Shown here piece after piece: positions 35,666 to 44,911 of a stretch of 64,000 bases of DNA (positions are counted from its first letter, which is position 1; every line of letters starts with the position of its first letter). A program made the position numbers and the translations under genes. The notes below the pieces were generated by a model that saw nothing but the letters and a program-made list of their open reading frames with translations, was not told the origin of the DNA and searched no databases. The DNA comes from Bacillota bacterium (GTDB lineage Bacteria; Bacillota; Sulfobacillia; Fermentithermobacillales; Fermentithermobacillaceae). The stretch is from contig JBBDIP010000059.1 of the NCBI GenBank assembly GCA_040880305.1, positions 226 through 64,225 on the forward strand, written 5' to 3'.

Positions 35666-36690
35666 GTGAAGCAGCAAACCTGGACAGGAAGGCCTGGAAA
35701 GGCGTCATGGTGTTCGCCGAGTCACACGAAGGACGGTTTGAGCCGGTCACCTTCGAACTCATTGGCAAGGCCCGAGAACTGGCCGACAAGACCGGGCAGG
35801 ACGTTATCTGCGTGGCCGTCGGCCACCCTCTGAGTGATATCACGGGCGACCTCCTGCACTACCCGGTGGACCGGGTTTTGGCATACGACGCGCCCGAGTT
35901 CCAGCACTTCGTGGCAGGAGTCTACGCGGCGGCCCTTGAGGACGCCGTACTCCTTGAAAGACCTAGCGTGGTGTTGATAGGCGCGACGCCGGTCGGCAGG
36001 AGCCTGGCGCCAAGAGTGGCGGTGCGGTTCAGGACCGGGCTTACGGCTGACTGCACGGTCTTGGACATCCGCCCCAACGGCGATCTGGTGCAGACCAGAC
36101 CCGCCTTCGGCGGCAACATAATGGCAACTATCGTGACTCGGAACGCCCGACCCCAGATGGCCACAGTCCGGCACAAGGTGATGCCGAGGGCCGAGAGGTT
36201 GGAGGCGCCCCGAGGCGCTCTGCTCCCCAAGAGCATAGCCGCCCCGCAGGCTCTGGCAGGATTCACCCGCCACCTGGCCGCGGTCCGCGTAAAGTCTGAG
36301 ACCTCGCTCCCCAAAGCCGAATCCATTTCCGATGCCAAGGTCATCGTGGCCTGTGGCAGAGGTATCCGTGCGAAGGAAGACCTTCAGATGTTCGAGGAAC
36401 TCGCCGACCGGTTGGGCGGAGTTCTGGCAGGGTCGAGGCCGCTGGTTGAGAAGGGTTGGCTGCCGGCTGCAAGGCAGGTTGGGCAGAGCGGACGGACAGT
36501 CCGTCCCGACCTATATATTGCCTGCGGCATCTCCGGAGCGATCCAGCATGTAGCAGGCATGTCGGGCAGCACGACCGTGGTAGCCATCAACCAGGATAAG
36601 GACGCCCCGATCTTCGAGACGGCCAACTACGCTTTGGTGGGCGACATGTATGAGATAGTAGGCGAACTCCTCAAAACCGGTGGTGCTTAA
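35662..36690 (+). CDS. etfA: electron transfer flavoprotein alpha subunit
   Basis: 342 aa from TTG 35662 (RBS GAAGGAGGTG, overlaps the etfB stop). ..KGVMVFAESHEG.., C-terminal FAD motif ..YIACGISGAIQHVAGM... Confidence 0.9.
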   Translation: MSEAANLDRKAWKGVMVFAESHEGRFEPVTFELIGKARELADKTGQDVICVAVGHPLSDITGDLLHYPVDRVLAYDAPEFQHFVAGVYAAALEDAVLLERPSVVLIGATPVGRSLAPRVAVRFRTGLTADCTVLDIRPNGDLVQTRPAFGGNIMATIVTRNARPQMATVRHKVMPRAERLEAPRGALLPKSIAAPQALAGFTRHLAAVRVKSETSLPKAESISDAKVIVACGRGIRAKEDLQMFEELADRLGGVLAGSRPLVEKGWLPAARQVGQSGRTVRPDLYIACGISGAIQHVAGMSGSTTVVAINQDKDAPIFETANYALVGDMYEIVGELLKTGGA

Positions 36691-38115
36691 GTGGTGCTTA
36701 AGATGAGCGCAGGCGGATTTGCCAGGTGTACCGCGAAGGACCTTGATGAGCTCCGAGGGATCTGCGGGGATGACGCGGTCATCGCGGGCGGACCTCTTCT
36801 CGAGGACTATACCCACGACGAGATGGTCGCCGTCAGGAGCTATCCTGACGGCGTGGTATTCCCAAAGGATACGGAGCAGGTTTCTCGCGTGATGCAGTTC
36901 GCGTCGTCGCGGCACATCGCGGTCACGCCCAGGGGAGCAGGCACTGGCCTCTGTGGAGGCGCGGTGCCGGTCGAAGGCGGGATCGTCCTTTGCCTTTCTC
37001 GAATGTCCGCGATATTGGAGATAGACAGGGAGAACCTTACCGCCACCGTCGAGTCGGGAGTGATGCTTATGTCGATCCACCAGGCGGTGGAGGCTCAGGG
37101 ATTCCTCTATGCCCCTGACCCCGGCGAGAAGACCGCCACCATTGGCGGCAACGTCAACACCAACGCCGGCGGGATGCGCGCCATCAAGTACGGCGTGACC
37201 AGGGACAACATCCGCGGCTTGGAAGTGGTCATGCCGTCGGGCGAGGTCCTTGAGATGGGCGGGAAACACGCCAAGAACAGCACCGGATACAGTCTCATGA
37301 GCTCTTTCATCGGCAGCGAGGGGACCCTGGGCATCGTGACCCGGGCGACCCTCAAGCTGTTCCCGCTGCCCAGGCAGACCCTTAGCCTGCTGGTACCCTT
37401 CAACTCTCTGGGGGACGCCATCCGGACAGTCCCCAGGATACTGGCCACGGGCATTTTGCCCCAGTCCATCGAGTTCGCCGAGAAGGGCGTCATCGAGGCT
37501 TCCGAAAGGTACCTGGGGAAGCGGTTCCCTCACGCTTCCGCCCCCTCATACCTCCTCTTGAGGGTGGACGGCAATTCGCCGGCGGAAGTCTCGTCCGCCA
37601 TGGACCTTGTCGGCGACGCCTGCCTGACCGCGGGAGCGGTTGACGTCCTCATCGCCGACAGTCCCGAGCGGCAATCCGCCATCTGGGACGGCCGCGCGGC
37701 CTTCCTAGCGGCTCTAAAGAGCGGTAACGAGGTGGATGAGTGCGACGTCGTCCTGCCCAGGAACCGGATCGCCGAATTGGTGGAGTACACCAAGGAGGTC
37801 TCCGTGGCTGTGGGAGTCAGGATCGAGAGTTTCGGTCACGCGGGGGACGGCAACCTGCACATTTACGTTCTCCGGGACGGCATGTCCACCGGGGACTGGG
37901 AGCGCAAGCTGCCGAAGGCGATGGATCTTCTCTACGAGAAGGGCGACGCCCTCGGTGGCCTGGTGTCGGGCGAGCACGGGATCGGGCTGGCGAAGAGGAA
38001 GTACATGGCGCGGAACCTTTCCGCCGGTGAACTGGCGCTTATGTTGCGCCTCAAGAAGACGTTCGACCCGGAAGGCATCCTGAACCCTGGAAAAGTGGTG
38101 CTAGAATCATCTTAA
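36691..38115 (+). CDS. FAD-linked oxidase (GlcD / D-lactate dehydrogenase LctD-like)
   Basis: 474 aa. FAD_binding_4-type N-terminus (..VTPRGAGTGLCGGAVP..), C-terminal GEHGIGLAKRKY. The start may be ATG 36703, because GTG 36691 lies inside an 11-bp tandem duplication. Confidence 0.85.
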   Translation: MVLKMSAGGFARCTAKDLDELRGICGDDAVIAGGPLLEDYTHDEMVAVRSYPDGVVFPKDTEQVSRVMQFASSRHIAVTPRGAGTGLCGGAVPVEGGIVLCLSRMSAILEIDRENLTATVESGVMLMSIHQAVEAQGFLYAPDPGEKTATIGGNVNTNAGGMRAIKYGVTRDNIRGLEVVMPSGEVLEMGGKHAKNSTGYSLMSSFIGSEGTLGIVTRATLKLFPLPRQTLSLLVPFNSLGDAIRTVPRILATGILPQSIEFAEKGVIEASERYLGKRFPHASAPSYLLLRVDGNSPAEVSSAMDLVGDACLTAGAVDVLIADSPERQSAIWDGRAAFLAALKSGNEVDECDVVLPRNRIAELVEYTKEVSVAVGVRIESFGHAGDGNLHIYVLRDGMSTGDWERKLPKAMDLLYEKGDALGGLVSGEHGIGLAKRKYMARNLSAGELALMLRLKKTFDPEGILNPGKVVLESS

Positions 38116-38128
38116 GGAGGGCCGCCGA

Positions 38129-38815
38129 ATGGACGCTGTCTTGCGAGGACTCAGCCACCCGCTGATTGGACCGTTCTACGCCCTTGTTGCGGGCATTCTG
38201 ACCTCGGCGAGCCCGTGCGCTCTCGCGGCGCTTCCCCTGGTCTTCGGCCACATGGCCGGCTCCACAAATAGGAGCCGTGTCCCCGACCTAGCCTGGTTCC
38301 TTACCGGTCTGACGCTGGCCCTAACCTTCGTGGGTGTTGTCGCGGGCGCGGTCGGCCGTTCCCTCATCCTAAGCACACCTTGGTTACGCTGGGTGGCCGG
38401 CTTGGCCTTCATCGCCGGAGGGGCCGGATACATGGGGCTTTTCAGCCGTTCCACGACGTGCGGGCCACCGCTGGCCGGCGGCCTCGGCGCGTCCGCCGCC
38501 GTCCCCCGTCCTTTGGCTGGGGCAGCGATGGGCGCTCTGTACGGCGTGTCAGCGTCCCCCTGCTCGACGCCCGCGCTCTTGGCGATCCTCGCGCTGGTCT
38601 CAGCCACCGGCTCGATCTCCAAAGGAGCCGTGCTGCTGTTCTTCTACTCCACAGGCCAATCGTTCCTGGTGGCCGCGGCGGGCCTCGCTACCTCCGCTTT
38701 CCGGGGACTTCTTGAGAGCGCCAAGGGCATGCGGGCTTTGGACTTGCTGCGAAAGGCGGGCGGAGCGGTCATCATCGCCTCCGGCCTCTACGTCCTGGCG
38801 CGACCGTACCTTTGA
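38129..38815 (+). CDS. ccdA: cytochrome c biogenesis / thiol-disulfide transfer membrane protein CcdA
   Basis: 228 aa. ..LTSASPCALAALPLV.. and ..GVSASPCSTPALLAIL.. are the two conserved Cys-containing helices of the DsbD/CcdA family. Confidence 0.85.
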   Translation: MDAVLRGLSHPLIGPFYALVAGILTSASPCALAALPLVFGHMAGSTNRSRVPDLAWFLTGLTLALTFVGVVAGAVGRSLILSTPWLRWVAGLAFIAGGAGYMGLFSRSTTCGPPLAGGLGASAAVPRPLAGAAMGALYGVSASPCSTPALLAILALVSATGSISKGAVLLFFYSTGQSFLVAAAGLATSAFRGLLESAKGMRALDLLRKAGGAVIIASGLYVLARPYL

Positions 38816-38840
38816 GCGAAACTGCGGGGAGGTCGTCTGT

Positions 38841-39284
38841 TTGAGGGATGAGCCAACGGCACGACGGATGATATGGGCCTTTCTCGGGCTGTTGATCGTG
38901 ATCGGCGTGTTTTGGATCCTGACCTCAAACCGGTTCAACTCCACCGGTACATCCGAGGAAGTGACCGACGTCGGTCCCCAGACCCTCGCCCAGCTGACTT
39001 CAATGGGCAAGCCCGGGATCCTGGAGTTCTACACCACCAATTGCAGTTATTGCGCCAAGATAGCCCCCGAACTGGTCAAGGTCGACAAGCTGTACGGGGA
39101 CCGGCTGTTTGTGGTGAAGATGAACGCCGAGAAGTACCCGGCGGAAGCCGCGAAGTACGGTCTTCAGGGCGTCCCCACGCTGGTCTACTTTGACCCCGCG
39201 GGCGTCCCGAAGGCGGTCGTCCCCGGGTATGTGACGTCCGAGGACATTGTGACGACGCTAAAGGGACTGAAGTTGGTGGAGTGA
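38841..39284 (+). CDS. membrane-anchored thioredoxin-like protein (CSYC active site)
   Basis: TTG 38841 follows RBS GGGGAGG (alternative ATG 38868). TM helix IWAFLGLLIVIGVFWIL, then LEFYTTNCSYCAKIAPE and GVPTLVYF (cis-Pro loop). Confidence 0.8.
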   Translation: MRDEPTARRMIWAFLGLLIVIGVFWILTSNRFNSTGTSEEVTDVGPQTLAQLTSMGKPGILEFYTTNCSYCAKIAPELVKVDKLYGDRLFVVKMNAEKYPAEAAKYGLQGVPTLVYFDPAGVPKAVVPGYVTSEDIVTTLKGLKLVE

Positions 39285-39359
39285 CTGCGTTGGAGGAGTT
39301 CGGCCCCTCGTGTGCAATATACTGGTGTGGCTTTGCGTGGCCAGAGCAGGAGGATTCGC

Positions 39360-40238
39360 ATGGGCGACAACCTAAGGACCGAAGTCCCCTTCACCAAAAT
39401 GGAGGGTCTGGGCAACGATTACCTGTATATTGACCGTTTCGCCTACAAGCCCGAACACGACTGGGGCGCGCTTTCCCGGGTCATGGCCGAAAGGCATTTC
39501 GGAGCTGGTTCAGACGGCATCATCCTCATCGGGCCGGGAGAGAAAGCCCCTTTCCGCATGCGGATCTTCAATGCCGACGGGTCCGAGGGCGACATGTGCG
39601 GAAACGGGATGCGCTGCTTCGCAAGGTACGTGTACGACCACCGGATTACCTCCGACACCGACTTTCTGGTTGAGACCCGCCACGGACTCATCCATCCGGT
39701 CCTAAACGTGAGGGACGGGCAGGTCCTGAGCATTTCAGTCGACATGGGGATACCGGTCTTCGGCCGCAAGGACATCCCACTCTCCAAACTGGACGGACCC
39801 GAGCCGGTCGTTGACGAACCGGTGGAGGTGGACGGCCAGGTCCTTCGGGGGACCGCGCTTTCCGCGGGGAATCCTCACTGCATATTCTTTGTAGACGACG
39901 TCTGGAAAGTCGATCTGGAGCGCATAGGGCCCAAACTCGAGCGTCACCCGCTCTTCCCAAGGAAGGCCAACATCGAGTTTGTCGCGGTCAAGTCCAAGAC
40001 AGACATGGACATGAGAGTTTGGGAGAGAGGTTCTGGCATCACGCTGGCCTGCGGTACCGGGGCATCCGCCGTAGTGGTCGCGGCCGCGCTTAACGGGTAT
40101 GCGGAAAGGGACGTCCCGGTGACTGTGCGCCTGCCGGGAGGCCCCCTCACGGTCGAGTGGAAAGGCGACAATCACATCTGGCAGACAGGTCCTGCCAAGG
40201 AAGTGTACACGGGGGTGTTCTTCTATGAAGCTCGCTAA
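39360..40238 (+). CDS. dapF: diaminopimelate epimerase
   Basis: 292 aa from ATG 39360 (RBS AGGAGGA). FTKMEGLGNDYLYID, GDMCGNGMRCF, and second catalytic Cys ACGTGASA. Confidence 0.9.
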   Translation: MGDNLRTEVPFTKMEGLGNDYLYIDRFAYKPEHDWGALSRVMAERHFGAGSDGIILIGPGEKAPFRMRIFNADGSEGDMCGNGMRCFARYVYDHRITSDTDFLVETRHGLIHPVLNVRDGQVLSISVDMGIPVFGRKDIPLSKLDGPEPVVDEPVEVDGQVLRGTALSAGNPHCIFFVDDVWKVDLERIGPKLERHPLFPRKANIEFVAVKSKTDMDMRVWERGSGITLACGTGASAVVVAAALNGYAERDVPVTVRLPGGPLTVEWKGDNHIWQTGPAKEVYTGVFFYEAR

Positions 40239-41379
40239 GAGAATGGGTAACGTAGCTCCGTACCTTTTCGCCACCATGAACGCAACTAAGGCCCGGCTCC
40301 GCGAGCAGGGAGTGGACATAATCGACATGTCCATCGGCGACCCTGACATGCCGACGCCCGGTCACATCATTGACCGGCTGTCCCAGGCGGCGAGGAACCC
40401 CGCAAACCACAGGTACCCGCCCTACGAGGGGACTCTCGGCTTCAAGACCGCGGTGGCCAACTACTACGCCAAGCGGTTCGGTGTCAAATTGGACCCGAAG
40501 TCTGAGGTCATGACCCTTATCGGTTCAAAGGAGGGCCTCACTCACCTGATCTGGGCCATGGTGGGGGAGGGGCAGTACGCGTTGCTGCCGGACCCGGCCT
40601 ATCCGGTGTACAGCACTCAGGTGGGGCTCGCGGGAGGGTCTGTCCACAAGATGCCCCTCTACGAGAAGAACGGCTACCTGCCCGTTCTGGAGGACATCCC
40701 CAGCGACATCGCGGCCAAGGCGTCGATCATGTTCCTGAATTACCCCAACAACCCGACTGCCGGTGTCGCTGACCTCGGATTCTTCAAGAAAGCGGCGGAC
40801 TTCTGCAAGCAATACGACATCGTGCTGTGCCACGACGCCGCCTATGTTGATGTCGGATTTGACGGGTTCGTGCCACCCAGCGCCCTGCAGGCTTCCAGGT
40901 TCCAGGTCGTTGAGACCTACTCGCTCTCCAAGCCCTTCAACATGACGGGATGGAGGATAGCCGCCATAGTGGGCGACGCGGACGTCATCTCCAAGAGCGT
41001 CGGCATCATAAAGACCAACACCGATTCCGGCCAGTTCAACGCCATCCAGGAGGCGGGCGAGGCAGCCCTGGGCGCGGAACCGGAGAAGTACATTGCCGCC
41101 AACGTGGCGGCCTATCAGGAGCGCAGGGACATCATGGTGGACGCACTGCGCAAGGCCGGCTTCGCCGTTGATCCACCCAAAGGAGCCTTCTACCTCTGGG
41201 TCCACGTCCCGGCGGGGGAGACGTCCGAGTCCTACGCCGCCAAGGTGCTGCAGAAGACGGGCATCTTGGTCACGCCCGGGAGCGCATATGGCAAATGCGG
41301 CGAGGGCTACGTAAGGGCTTCTCTTTCCGTGCCGACGGACCGGATCAAGGAGGCCGCGAAACGCCTGACGGGAGTGTAG
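40225..41379 (+). CDS. class I/II aminotransferase, LL-diaminopimelate aminotransferase-like
   Basis: 384 aa. ..IDMSIGDPDMPTP.., NYPNNPT, SLSKPFNMTGWR (PLP Lys). Overlaps the dapF end. Confidence 0.8.
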   Translation: MKLAKRMGNVAPYLFATMNATKARLREQGVDIIDMSIGDPDMPTPGHIIDRLSQAARNPANHRYPPYEGTLGFKTAVANYYAKRFGVKLDPKSEVMTLIGSKEGLTHLIWAMVGEGQYALLPDPAYPVYSTQVGLAGGSVHKMPLYEKNGYLPVLEDIPSDIAAKASIMFLNYPNNPTAGVADLGFFKKAADFCKQYDIVLCHDAAYVDVGFDGFVPPSALQASRFQVVETYSLSKPFNMTGWRIAAIVGDADVISKSVGIIKTNTDSGQFNAIQEAGEAALGAEPEKYIAANVAAYQERRDIMVDALRKAGFAVDPPKGAFYLWVHVPAGETSESYAAKVLQKTGILVTPGSAYGKCGEGYVRASLSVPTDRIKEAAKRLTGV

Positions 41380-41422
41380 GTTCGCCCGCAGAGCGCGCGC
41401 AAGGCCCGCAACTGGAGAGACA

Positions 41423-42406
41423 ATGTCGCAGCTGACCGCTGACCTATTGCTGCTGTTGGTCACCCTGGCGTGGGGGACCACGTTCGTCATAGTCAAGGAA
41501 ACCATCGCCGAAATGGGACCGCTGACGTTCATCGCGGTGCGTTTTCTCATAGCCGGCCTAGTTCTGCTATTGTGGTACGTGACTACGAAGATGCGCGGGG
41601 GTGGTGGGGCCGGCAGGCGCGGCAGGACAGACGTGGCGGCCGAGACTCTTTCCGCGGCGAGCAGTGATGGTGCGTGCTCCACGGTCTTTGGCGAGTCCTC
41701 CCGTGGGTTCTCTTGTGAGTTCCTTCTCGGGGCCGTGCTCACCGGGTTTGCCCTGTTCTTCTCCTACGCTACCCAGACCCTCGGTCTCGTCACCGTCGCG
41801 GCCGGCAAAGCCGCTTTCATCACCGGCCTCTACGTGGTGATCGTCCCCGTAGCCGCCAGGGCGTTCCTCAAGGCGTCGCCGGACCGCGCGTCAGTGGCGG
41901 GCGTCATCCTTGCTACGATTGGCCTGGGTCTGCTTTCGCTGAAACTGCCGCTGCAAGTCGCTCCCGGCGACTTTCTGGTCTTCTTGTGCGCCATCGGCTT
42001 TTCAGCCCATATCCTGCTGGTTGGGCACTATTCGGAGCGAGGGAACACCGTCCTGTTCGCTGCCATTCAGCTATTGGTGGTCTCAGCCGGTTCCTTTGTC
42101 TACGCAGCCATCATGGAGCGTCCGTTGGTCGTGCCGCCTACGGCTTGGGGAGCCATCTTGTTCACCGCGATAGCCGCGACCTCATTTGCATTCCTCGCGC
42201 AGACAGCCGTACAGCGCTTCACTTCGGCTACCCACACCGCTCTAATCTTTTCGGCCGAGCCCGTCTTTGGCGCGATTTTCGCTTGGTTGGTGGCCGGCGA
42301 GGTGCTGGCCGCTCGTGAGATAGTTGGCGCCATTTGCATCCTGACCGGGATGTTGGTGTCGGAGTCAGGCTTGTTTAGGAGACCGCACCGGCAAAGCGCC
42401 CAGTAG
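41423..42406 (+). CDS. DMT-superfamily (EamA) transporter
   Basis: 327 aa. Two EamA-type 5-TM halves, with a ~45-aa Gly/Arg/Ser-rich insert between TM2 and TM3. Confidence 0.8.
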   Translation: MSQLTADLLLLLVTLAWGTTFVIVKETIAEMGPLTFIAVRFLIAGLVLLLWYVTTKMRGGGGAGRRGRTDVAAETLSAASSDGACSTVFGESSRGFSCEFLLGAVLTGFALFFSYATQTLGLVTVAAGKAAFITGLYVVIVPVAARAFLKASPDRASVAGVILATIGLGLLSLKLPLQVAPGDFLVFLCAIGFSAHILLVGHYSERGNTVLFAAIQLLVVSAGSFVYAAIMERPLVVPPTAWGAILFTAIAATSFAFLAQTAVQRFTSATHTALIFSAEPVFGAIFAWLVAGEVLAAREIVGAICILTGMLVSESGLFRRPHRQSAQ

Positions 42407-42412
42407 TTGACC

Positions 42413-42431
42413 AGCCCAGAGGGCTTGGGCT
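42413..42431. terminator. hairpin between convergent genes (possible bidirectional terminator)
   Basis: AGCCCA-7nt-TGGGCT, followed by the 12-nt palindrome GCTGCATGCAGC. No U-tract. Confidence 0.3.
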
Positions 42432-42444
42432 GCATGCAGCTTGG

Positions 42445-43905
42445 CTACTTCATCAAATTGGTGAACAGCGCTCTCCAGGTCTTCCAGGCCAGGACGGCCT
42501 GGTCGTTTGTGTACTGGGTGAGGAGCGCTACGCCCTTGGCCGGGTCTTGCTTGAAGGCCTCGTAAGCAGCGGCTTCGACTGCGGCTTGGTCCTTGGCCCA
42601 CTTCTGCTCCAGTTCGTCACGCTTGGAGGCTATCTGCCTGACGACGGCGGCGTAAGATGCATCGGCAAGGTCCTGCACGTCCTGGAACGCCCACCACGCG
42701 TGTCCCGGCCGATACGACAGATCGCCCGCGGGCACCGCGAAGTGGTTGTTGAACCCCACCTGTGGGAGGATCCATCCGTACCCGGCCGGAATCTTGGAGA
42801 TCCCCAAGTACCAGGGGACGAACGGGCTGGTGCAGGGGTTAAGAGTCGCTCGCCACATGCAAGAGAACTCCACCTGCTCGCGGAACTGGAGCACGAAGCT
42901 CTCCAGCGTGGTGCCGGTGCAGATGGTCCGGTTGCCGGCGCGATGTGGGTTCACTGCGTAAGCCTGGCTCAGGTCGTCGTCGGTTCCTTCATAGTGAGTC
43001 CGGAGTATCCTCTTGACGTCCTCCACGCCCATCTTCCTGGCGGGTTTGGCGGAGAAAGGTCTCAAGTCTTGGGGTTCCTTGCCCAGGATGAGACGAAGGG
43101 CGTTCTTGTGGCGGACCATGTTGCCCGCCATGTTCTGGGTTGGGTTCTGGTAGGCTACCGCGAAGTCGAAATCGCTGTAGTTTCCCTCTTTAGCGGGCGT
43201 GTACCAGCCCCGCTTCTCGGCGTAGGTGATGATGTCGGGCGAGGCCAGGCAGTTGGTGGTGTCGGCGAAGTCCACGCCGTGTATGGTGTACCAGTTGGGG
43301 ATGAAGAGGACTTCGTCATCGGCGACCCTCTTGGCCACGTAGTGCTTGCCTTTCACCACCTGGAACATCCAGCCCTCGTTCTTGTCGACTATCTCGTAAG
43401 CCCGTCCTGACCCGGTGTACCCATACTTAGCGACCAGGTCAGCGGCGACCTCGACGCCTTCCCTGGAGGTCCTGGCGCGCTGGGAGATCAGATGTCCGAG
43501 TCCGTACCCGATCCCCCCATTTGTGAGTTCGGGCTGGTCCTCCCGTGAATTGGAGCAGCTATCGCTGGCTATGGCGACGCCCCACTCGTTCAAGAAGACA
43601 TCGCTGAAGGACGCCTTCCAACTGGCCCTGGTTTCGGACCAATAATAGCCCCAAGTTTCGCTGACTTGGGGGATCTTTGCGCACTCAGGCTCGAAGGTCA
43701 CGAGTCCGTCGGGTTTGTGGGTCGCTCTGGGGACGCTGTACTGCACCATCACGTTGCTGCCGCTGTCGTCCTCGTTGTGGCCGAGGAGAACCTCGCCGGT
43801 GGCGGAAGCCTTCTTGCCGACTATTACGGCGCTGCAATCTTCGATGATCAAATCGTCATCAGGCACCTCGCAGAGAGGCGCCAAAGGGATCCTGCTGTCT
43901 AGCAT
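42445..43905 (-). CDS. C69-family dipeptidase
   Basis: 486 aa, RBS AGGAGGGAG. N-terminal nucleophile context ..EDCSAVIVGKKASATGEVLLGHNED... Confidence 0.85.
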   Translation of the reverse strand: MLDSRIPLAPLCEVPDDDLIIEDCSAVIVGKKASATGEVLLGHNEDDSGSNVMVQYSVPRATHKPDGLVTFEPECAKIPQVSETWGYYWSETRASWKASFSDVFLNEWGVAIASDSCSNSREDQPELTNGGIGYGLGHLISQRARTSREGVEVAADLVAKYGYTGSGRAYEIVDKNEGWMFQVVKGKHYVAKRVADDEVLFIPNWYTIHGVDFADTTNCLASPDIITYAEKRGWYTPAKEGNYSDFDFAVAYQNPTQNMAGNMVRHKNALRLILGKEPQDLRPFSAKPARKMGVEDVKRILRTHYEGTDDDLSQAYAVNPHRAGNRTICTGTTLESFVLQFREQVEFSCMWRATLNPCTSPFVPWYLGISKIPAGYGWILPQVGFNNHFAVPAGDLSYRPGHAWWAFQDVQDLADASYAAVVRQIASKRDELEQKWAKDQAAVEAAAYEAFKQDPAKGVALLTQYTNDQAVLAWKTWRALFTNLMK

Positions 43906-44007
43906 TAGTACGTGCTCCCTCCTGATGTGTGGCGCTTATCCGTTGTGGAAGACCACTTCGCAACACCTTTCGATATGCGGCGCTACTCCTCCTGCGTGGT
44001 TTCCGAC

Positions 44008-44577
44008 TCAGCCGGAAATCGTCGCGATGAACTTTCTGACCTGCTCGAACGCCTCAGGATGCTGGAGGATCGCCCCTTCCTCGTCGACCCCTCGGAACAG
44101 GGCGTCTCCGGCGTACTCGATCCCCAGCGCGTCGAACCAGTACTTGACGGTAAGGACGGCTCCTTCGAAGAGCCTGTGACCCTTCGTCGCCCCACACGAG
44201 ATGAAGAAACCTTTGCCCGGTTTGGTCCTCGCCGGTTGCTTTTGCCTGTATGAGAGGTTGAAAAAGATCTGGCACCGGTCGATCATGGCCTTGACGTGGG
44301 CCGGGAGACCGTAGAAGTAGATGGGCGCGGCAAGCACGACTGCGTCCGCGTCCCGCAATTTCGGATAGAGTTCCTGCATGGAGTCCTTCTGGACACACTC
44401 GCCGCTGACGCACTTGTCGCAGCCCAGGCAGGGGGCTATCAGCCACTTCGCCCTGTTGGCCAGGTTCACCACTTCTACCTCATGGCCTACCCTAGTGGCT
44501 TCGTCCACGAATGCATCCAGCAGGAGCCTGGTGTTGCCGCTCCGTCTTGGACTGCCCGCAAACGCCAGTACCTTCAC
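44008..44577 (-). CDS. iron-sulfur flavoprotein / NADPH-dependent FMN reductase-like
   Basis: 189 aa, GTG start. MKVLAFAGSPRRSGNT.. flavodoxin-like fold plus the compact Cys motif CLGCDKCVSGEC. Confidence 0.8.
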   Translation of the reverse strand: MKVLAFAGSPRRSGNTRLLLDAFVDEATRVGHEVEVVNLANRAKWLIAPCLGCDKCVSGECVQKDSMQELYPKLRDADAVVLAAPIYFYGLPAHVKAMIDRCQIFFNLSYRQKQPARTKPGKGFFISCGATKGHRLFEGAVLTVKYWFDALGIEYAGDALFRGVDEEGAILQHPEAFEQVRKFIATISG

Positions 44578-44656
44578 AGCAAATCCGCTCCTTCGCCCGA
44601 ACTCACTTCACAGTGTATCATCTCACGTGAACACGTGGTACACTTAATTCCGTGAG

Positions 44657-44911
44657 GTGAAGGCTGTGGAAACCCAGAACATAACCCTTGCCGTACCCAA
44701 GGATGTCCTCAGGAGGATCAAGCACTTGGCCGTTCAGAAGGATAAGTCAGTCTCAAGGATGCTGACTGAGGCCCTTATCGAGCTCGTGGTACGAGAAGAC
44801 CAGTATATGCAGGCCCGCACACACCACTCAGATATGCTTGCTCAAGTCCGGGATCTCGGTACTGAAGGTCGCATCGCCTACGCAAGGGAGGACCTCCATG
44901 ACCGAAAGTGA
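44657..44911 (+). CDS. vapB: ribbon-helix-helix antitoxin (VapB-like)
   Basis: 84 aa (or start GTG 44666). ..ITLAVPKDVLRRIKHLAVQKDKSVSRMLTEAL.. is RHH-like. Overlaps the downstream PIN gene. Confidence 0.75.
   Translation: MKAVETQNITLAVPKDVLRRIKHLAVQKDKSVSRMLTEALIELVVREDQYMQARTHHSDMLAQVRDLGTEGRIAYAREDLHDRK

Noticed and set aside
39285-39359. Lysine riboswitch or T-box ahead of dapF and the aminotransferase
   Set aside because: The gap is only ~75 nt and has none of the conserved L-box or T-box elements.
41588-41723. Gly/Arg/Ser-rich ~45-aa insert in the EamA transporter. Similar low-complexity loops occur at ~10440-10560 in the ABC permease and ~49700-49850 in SfsA. I considered these as possible frameshift or foreign-insertion signs.
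   Set aside because: The reading frames are continuous, and the flanking TM helices and motifs stay in register. This looks like ordinary loop expansion in a GC-rich genome.
40525-41742. 405-aa minus-strand ORF
   Set aside because: It is antisense to the DapL-like aminotransferase and the EamA start, with off-frame GC-rich composition.
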